This document shows positions 32,266-35,362 of a stretch of 35,362 nt of DNA, piece by piece. The position numbers and the translations under genes are program-made. Positions within the stretch are counted from its first letter, which is position 1. Each line of letters opens with the position of its first letter. The DNA comes from a virus, in IMG/VR virus record IMGVR_UViG_3300009537_000082, positions 1-35,362 of that record, one strand, 5' to 3'. Under the pieces are notes generated by a model that was given only the letters and a program-made list of their open reading frames with translations, was not told the origin of the DNA and made no database searches.

Positions 32266-32871
32266 TTATTTTTCAAAAACTAAAAAATAGCTGTGGAATA
32301 TTCTTGCGTGTTTCTGAACTTTTAACTTTGTGCCTTTTTGTTGTGGTATTGCCATTCTGGATTTTGCAGGCAAGATAAATAAATCTTTAAGTCTTAAACC
32401 GTGCTCTTTCGCCCATTCGATGACATTATTATGAGTGCAGTGCATTTTATGGTTATGAATAATATCTTGACACTTAAAAACTAAAATTCCTTTCTTCATT
32501 AACACTCTTGCGGCCTCTTTTAACGTTCCAATGTAATGAGTTTCTAGTTCGTCATATCTCCAATACCCGCCAAACCGTTTAGCCATGACCATATTGCCGT
32601 TGCCTTCCCTTGCGTTTTTTATATACGTTAGGAACGGCGGATCGAAAACTAAACTGCTTATACATGAGTCAGTCAAAGGTAATTTACTGCTACACGCGCT
32701 TATTACCCCGTTAACTTGTGGTAATATATCAAACTTAAATGCTGGCTCAGGCATCTCTTTATAAAAACTCCCGTTCCCATAAGATATATCAGCATCAAAA
32801 TTATTCAGGTTATTCAGGCTAAGGATACTTTTAAGTATGTCTGCCTGTTTGCTTTCTACTGACTTAATCAC
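32266..32871 (-). CDS. putative SAM-dependent DNA methyltransferase (DPPF motif IV)
   Basis: FDADISYGNGSFY is a motif I-like G-loop. It is followed by LVFDPPF and LKEAARVLMKKGILVFKCQD. The family was not identified. Confidence 0.5.
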   Translation of the reverse strand: MIKSVESKQADILKSILSLNNLNNFDADISYGNGSFYKEMPEPAFKFDILPQVNGVISACSSKLPLTDSCISSLVFDPPFLTYIKNAREGNGNMVMAKRFGGYWRYDELETHYIGTLKEAARVLMKKGILVFKCQDIIHNHKMHCTHNNVIEWAKEHGLRLKDLFILPAKSRMAIPQQKGTKLKVQKHARIFHSYFLVFEK

Positions 32872-33118
32872 TTTCCCTGCGCGCCCCTAACCTTGCCGAC
32901 CACTCACTTTCTGGAAGTACAACCTTTCGTCTGTCGTCAATAAACTCACACAATAAGGCAAGATGGGATAAAAACATCAATACTGCGAAACACTCCCATA
33001 AAGTCGTATTATCAGTGGTTAAAGCAAATACTAAAGCGATAGCGGATAAAGATACTGAACCAACAAAGAACTTAATGTATCTTGATGATGATAGTAGGAT
33101 ATTAATCTCGTCGTGCAT
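32864..33118 (-). CDS. hypothetical membrane protein (84 aa, 2 TM helices)
   Basis: ORF track. Hydrophobic helices FFVGSVSLSAIALVFAL and FAVLMFLSHLALL. Preceded by the conserved 22-nt leader. Confidence 0.65.
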   Translation of the reverse strand: MHDEINILLSSSRYIKFFVGSVSLSAIALVFALTTDNTTLWECFAVLMFLSHLALLCEFIDDRRKVVLPESEWSARLGARRESD

Positions 33119-33148
33119 TATCTTCTCCTATAGAGTTATGCTGGTCAC

Positions 33149-33277
33149 TCATATTAACCACCAAATTAACAACCCAATTAAAGAGGTTATAATAAAAAAC
33201 CTTAATAATAAAATTGTCATCATAAATCTAAATCTAGGTCTATTATGTAAATAAGCTAAAATAAGCTGGTCTATCAC
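33149..33277 (-). CDS. candidate small membrane peptide (42 aa with GTG start, or 24 aa from the internal ATG)
   Basis: GTG at 33277 sits at the same distance from GGAGAAGATAA as the ATGs of neighbouring genes and overlaps the upstream TGA. The C-terminus is MMTILLLRFFIITSLIGLLIWWLI. Confidence 0.35.
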   Translation of the reverse strand: MIDQLILAYLHNRPRFRFMMTILLLRFFIITSLIGLLIWWLI

Positions 33278-33528
33278 TTATCTTCTCCTATATAGTTAAG
33301 GGTTTTATCTATTCCAAAACAATCCTTGCCTGATAAGCCATTATCAACGAAAGCGTACTTATATAATTTATCGTAAGCCTCAACCAACTCAGCCTTGTCC
33401 TTTTGGAGTTGTTCAATTTTTCTACTTGCTTCCATATAGCGCGAATACCGCTGCATTTTATCTATTTCTGAGTTATCCCATAATTCAGGCGGCATATTTA
33501 AAACGCCATGCAACATTAAATCACTCAT
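33274..33528 (-). CDS. hypothetical coiled-coil protein (84 aa), paralogous segment with 34143..34436
   Basis: ORF track. The shared segment is IEQLQKDKAELVE versus IEQLQTDKVELVE, with about 31/37 nt identity, plus a shared ..GED C-terminal motif. Confidence 0.65.
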   Translation of the reverse strand: MSDLMLHGVLNMPPELWDNSEIDKMQRYSRYMEASRKIEQLQKDKAELVEAYDKLYKYAFVDNGLSGKDCFGIDKTLNYIGEDK

Positions 33529-33558
33529 TTATCTTCTCCTATAGAGTTATGTTGGGTT

Positions 33559-34164
33559 TTAACTAACACCTTTATTAAAATCAACGGCCATTTGCTTGGC
33601 ATCTTCCATTGTTTTTGCTGTCCATTCACCTTTGCCGCACTTAATTTCAGTATAATTATCTTCAAACAAAGTCATTTCTGGCAAGCTGTCGAGATTTTCT
33701 AAATCTTCCACAATATTTTCCATTGTCGTCATTGGCAACTTTATTGGGGTATGGAGTATTCTTATTCCACTTCTGTCCGGCAATACCTGACATTCTGCTC
33801 GGTGTTGTTCTGCACATTCTTTGCTTATGTCGGCAAAGAAGTTTGCGTGGTCTTCTATCATTTCTTCGGGTGTGCTGGCTATATAATGACAATCACCTTT
33901 TTTACAGGTTGAGCCAATTTCAAAGCCGTAAATAGCTCTATGGCTCCATCCATACCACTTGTTATCTTTTGGACTAAACCCAACGCCGTGTGTTAATTCT
34001 TCTGTTATTTCCCTTTCGGCCAAGTATTTAATATTATCTTCCATGCCGACTAAAGTTATATAACTACCATCAAATTTGCTCCTGTACTCTTCTGTTCCTT
34101 TAGATAACGACTTTAGAGAGGGAACTACATAAGCAACCTTCTCTAAATACTTTTTAATATCCAT
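33559..34164 (-). CDS. hypothetical protein (201 aa)
   Basis: ORF track. No motif recognised. Confidence 0.65.
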   Translation of the reverse strand: MDIKKYLEKVAYVVPSLKSLSKGTEEYRSKFDGSYITLVGMEDNIKYLAEREITEELTHGVGFSPKDNKWYGWSHRAIYGFEIGSTCKKGDCHYIASTPEEMIEDHANFFADISKECAEQHRAECQVLPDRSGIRILHTPIKLPMTTMENIVEDLENLDSLPEMTLFEDNYTEIKCGKGEWTAKTMEDAKQMAVDFNKGVS

Positions 34165-34436
34165 TCATCTTCACCTACAGAGTTAATTAGGGCTTTAATT
34201 TCTCCGTACATTAATTCTTCTTCATCTTCCCAATTATCAGGATGAATATGTATTAAATCTAATGACTGCCCGAGCTTTTCAACCAGCTCAACCTTATCCG
34301 TTTGGAGTTGTTCTATTTGTTTTTCAAGCACACCTTCCCGTCTTAAAAGTTTAGGGTTTTTATTCTCACATAGCCGTGACACTGTACAGCCTCGTTCGCA
34401 TCGTTCCCCATCTGTACAAAAAATTCTATCACTCAT
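34143..34436 (-). CDS. hypothetical Cys-rich coiled-coil protein (97 aa)
   Basis: ORF track. RBS is GGAGG. The N-terminus has CTDGERCERGC...C. Confidence 0.65.
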   Translation of the reverse strand: MSDRIFCTDGERCERGCTVSRLCENKNPKLLRREGVLEKQIEQLQTDKVELVEKLGQSLDLIHIHPDNWEDEEELMYGEIKALINSVGEDEWILKSI

Positions 34437-34447
34437 CCTCCATACTC

Positions 34448-34582
34448 CTATTCCTTCAAACTCTTAATGAATTTCTGTATCTTTTTCCACGACTCAGGCT
34501 TTACCCACAATTGTTTCAAGATAAAACCTTCTTTACGCTTCTTTTCGCGCTGTATTCTTTTTAGTTCTGCTGCTGATTTCAT
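34448..34582 (-). CDS. small basic protein (44 aa), paralog of 31753..31920; probably translated from a leaderless mRNA
   Basis: Translation is MKSAAELKRIQREKKRKEGFILKQLWVKPESWKKIQKFIKSLKE. The ATG lies 6 nt after the -10 TACACT. No SD. Below the track cutoff. Confidence 0.55.
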   Translation of the reverse strand: MKSAAELKRIQREKKRKEGFILKQLWVKPESWKKIQKFIKSLKE

Positions 34583-34588
34583 GGTTTA

Positions 34589-34617
34589 AGTGTAGTCTAG
34601 GACATGTCTATAGTCAA
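34589..34617 (-). promoter_or_regulatory. sigma70 promoter (TTGACT, 17 nt, TACACT) with a GACATGTC palindrome in the spacer
   Basis: Minus-strand hexamers at 34617-34612 and 34594-34589. The core palindrome is at 34601-34608. The architecture is the same as at 32222-32250. Confidence 0.6.
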
Positions 34618-34748
34618 GTATTATTTTCGGCATAATCAATCAATATCTGCTCAATAAACGCTAATTCGTTATCTTCCCCTGACTCTTCAGATAGCTTTAC
34701 TAATTTGTCAGATATTTCTTTGGTTAGTTCTAGTCTGTATTCAATCAT
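34614..34748 (-). CDS. hypothetical acidic small protein (44 aa)
   Basis: AGGAAA upstream. Translation is MIEYRLELTKEISDKLVKLSEESGEDNELAFIEQILIDYAENNT. The stop TGA lies inside the -35 of the downstream promoter. Confidence 0.45.
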   Translation of the reverse strand: MIEYRLELTKEISDKLVKLSEESGEDNELAFIEQILIDYAENNT

Positions 34749-34761
34749 TGTCTTTTCCTGT

Positions 34762-35070
34762 TTATTTTATAAATTGGCTAACTAATCCAGAAAACATATT
34801 AATCATCGTGTCGTGCTGTCTGTGGTCATAAACAAACAAGTAATCGCTATCGCAATCATGCCTGTCATGCCTTACCCTCATTTCTAACGCGCATATCTCA
34901 AATAGCTCATGGCAAATGAGCATAAACATCTCACTAATATCGTTTCCTTTTGTACCTATTTTTATTTCTTTGGTCCCATAACTAAAGCTGGCAGAATAAA
35001 TAGAGCTGTCCCACTTGACAGTAAAGTTATATGAATTAACTTTTAAACTTCTAATTTTTTTTATGTTCAT
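34762..35070 (-). CDS. hypothetical protein (102 aa)
   Basis: ORF track. HELFE is not a true HExxH motif. Confidence 0.6.
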   Translation of the reverse strand: MNIKKIRSLKVNSYNFTVKWDSSIYSASFSYGTKEIKIGTKGNDISEMFMLICHELFEICALEMRVRHDRHDCDSDYLFVYDHRQHDTMINMFSGLVSQFIK

Positions 35071-35242
35071 CTTTCATCCTATTTATTTTACTGTTGCGCC
35101 AAGCCCAAGCGTCATCATAATTATTTGTTTCTTTCGACTCATATCCACATTTTTTACAAATAGACTTCCATAAATCTTCTTGTAGATCATGGTGCAGCCT
35201 GGTATCAGTGCTTTTACATTTAGGGCATTTATCGTATTTCAT
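35051..35242 (-). CDS. zinc-ribbon protein (63 aa)
   Basis: CPKC...(17 aa)...CKKC. Confidence 0.6.
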   Translation of the reverse strand: MKYDKCPKCKSTDTRLHHDLQEDLWKSICKKCGYESKETNNYDDAWAWRNSKINRMKDEHKKN

Positions 35243-35244
35243 AT

Positions 35245-35362
35245 CTAGCTTTCAGAAAAAAGCGGGGAATCTTCAACAGTGATACAAGGTATCCCATCAC
35301 GATCTTCTACGTTTTCAATGTTTTGCCAGCCTCCATCATTATCCAAATATAAAACTACATCA
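35245..35362 (-). CDS. 3' part of the junction-spanning small ORF (same gene as 1..146)
   Basis: Stop TAG at 35245-35247. Bases 35264-35362 duplicate 1-99. Confidence 0.55.
   Translation of the reverse strand, partial: DVVLYLDNDGGWQNIENVEDRDGIPCITVEDSPLFSES
35264..35362. repeat. 99-nt terminal direct repeat, right copy
   Basis: Identical to 1-99. Confidence 0.95.

Noticed and set aside
33015-33254. Track ORF of 79 aa on the plus strand
   Set aside because: It lies opposite to the operon direction, overlaps the 5' end of a minus-strand membrane-protein gene and the repeated leader, and has no RBS.
34762-35070. HELFE in the 102-aa protein as a zinc-metalloprotease motif
   Set aside because: The motif is H-E-x-x-E, not HExxH, and no third ligand context is present.
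1-35362. CRISPR arrays, IS elements or transposases, integrase and att sites, and stop-codon recoding
   Set aside because: There are no regularly spaced repeats, no transposase- or integrase-like ORF, and the tRNA-like gene is not next to a recombinase. ORFs of 917, 814, 759 and 521 aa are uninterrupted in the standard code.

Overview
The window is one complete tailed-phage genome. Bases 1-99 are identical to 35264-35362, so the unique length is 35263 nt and the sequence closes into a circle.

Layout:
- 9.27-29.5 kb, minus strand: packaging, head, tail and lysis genes. These are a small terminase candidate, a PBSX-type large terminase, a T7 gp8-like portal, scaffold, major capsid, tail tubular A and B, several internal virion proteins, a pectate-lyase-like tailspike, a GH24 endolysin and a GTA-type 3TM holin.
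- 3.68-9.2 kb, plus strand: a recombination and DNA-metabolism block. It holds a DUF669-type SSB, a coiled-coil protein, a PolB-exo-like 3'-5' exonuclease, a NinB-like protein, an HTH_39 protein, a methyltransferase remnant and a Ref-like HNH nuclease.
- 29.5-35.2 kb continuing through 0.15-3.6 kb, minus strand: an AT-rich early region of small ORFans. It also holds an HNH-AP2 homing endonuclease, a signal-peptide beta-rich protein, a PD-(D/E)xK nuclease, a DPPF methyltransferase candidate, YopX and a Cro/XRE-like HTH.

I could not recognise an integrase, DNA polymerase, RNA polymerase, primase or helicase. The host is probably a Gram-negative gamma-proteobacterium, judging from the SSB C-terminal tip and the outer-membrane-like protein.

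Most interesting observations:
- A 138-nt tRNA-like gene with normal acceptor, D and T arms but an 87-nt central region that does not fold into a normal anticodon arm.
- Two near-consensus sigma70 promoters with GACATGTC palindromes in their spacers. Each sits exactly 6 nt upstream of an ATG, which implies leaderless mRNAs, and each is linked to one of two paralogous small basic proteins.
- An orphan plus-strand promoter, hairpins and tandem terminators with no credible ORF, which is a candidate sRNA.
- Perfectly repeated translation-initiation cassettes at gene boundaries.
- A methyltransferase ORF lacking the DPPY motif.
- A discoidin-like insertion in the tail nozzle protein.

All homology calls come from motif recognition by eye, not from database searches.
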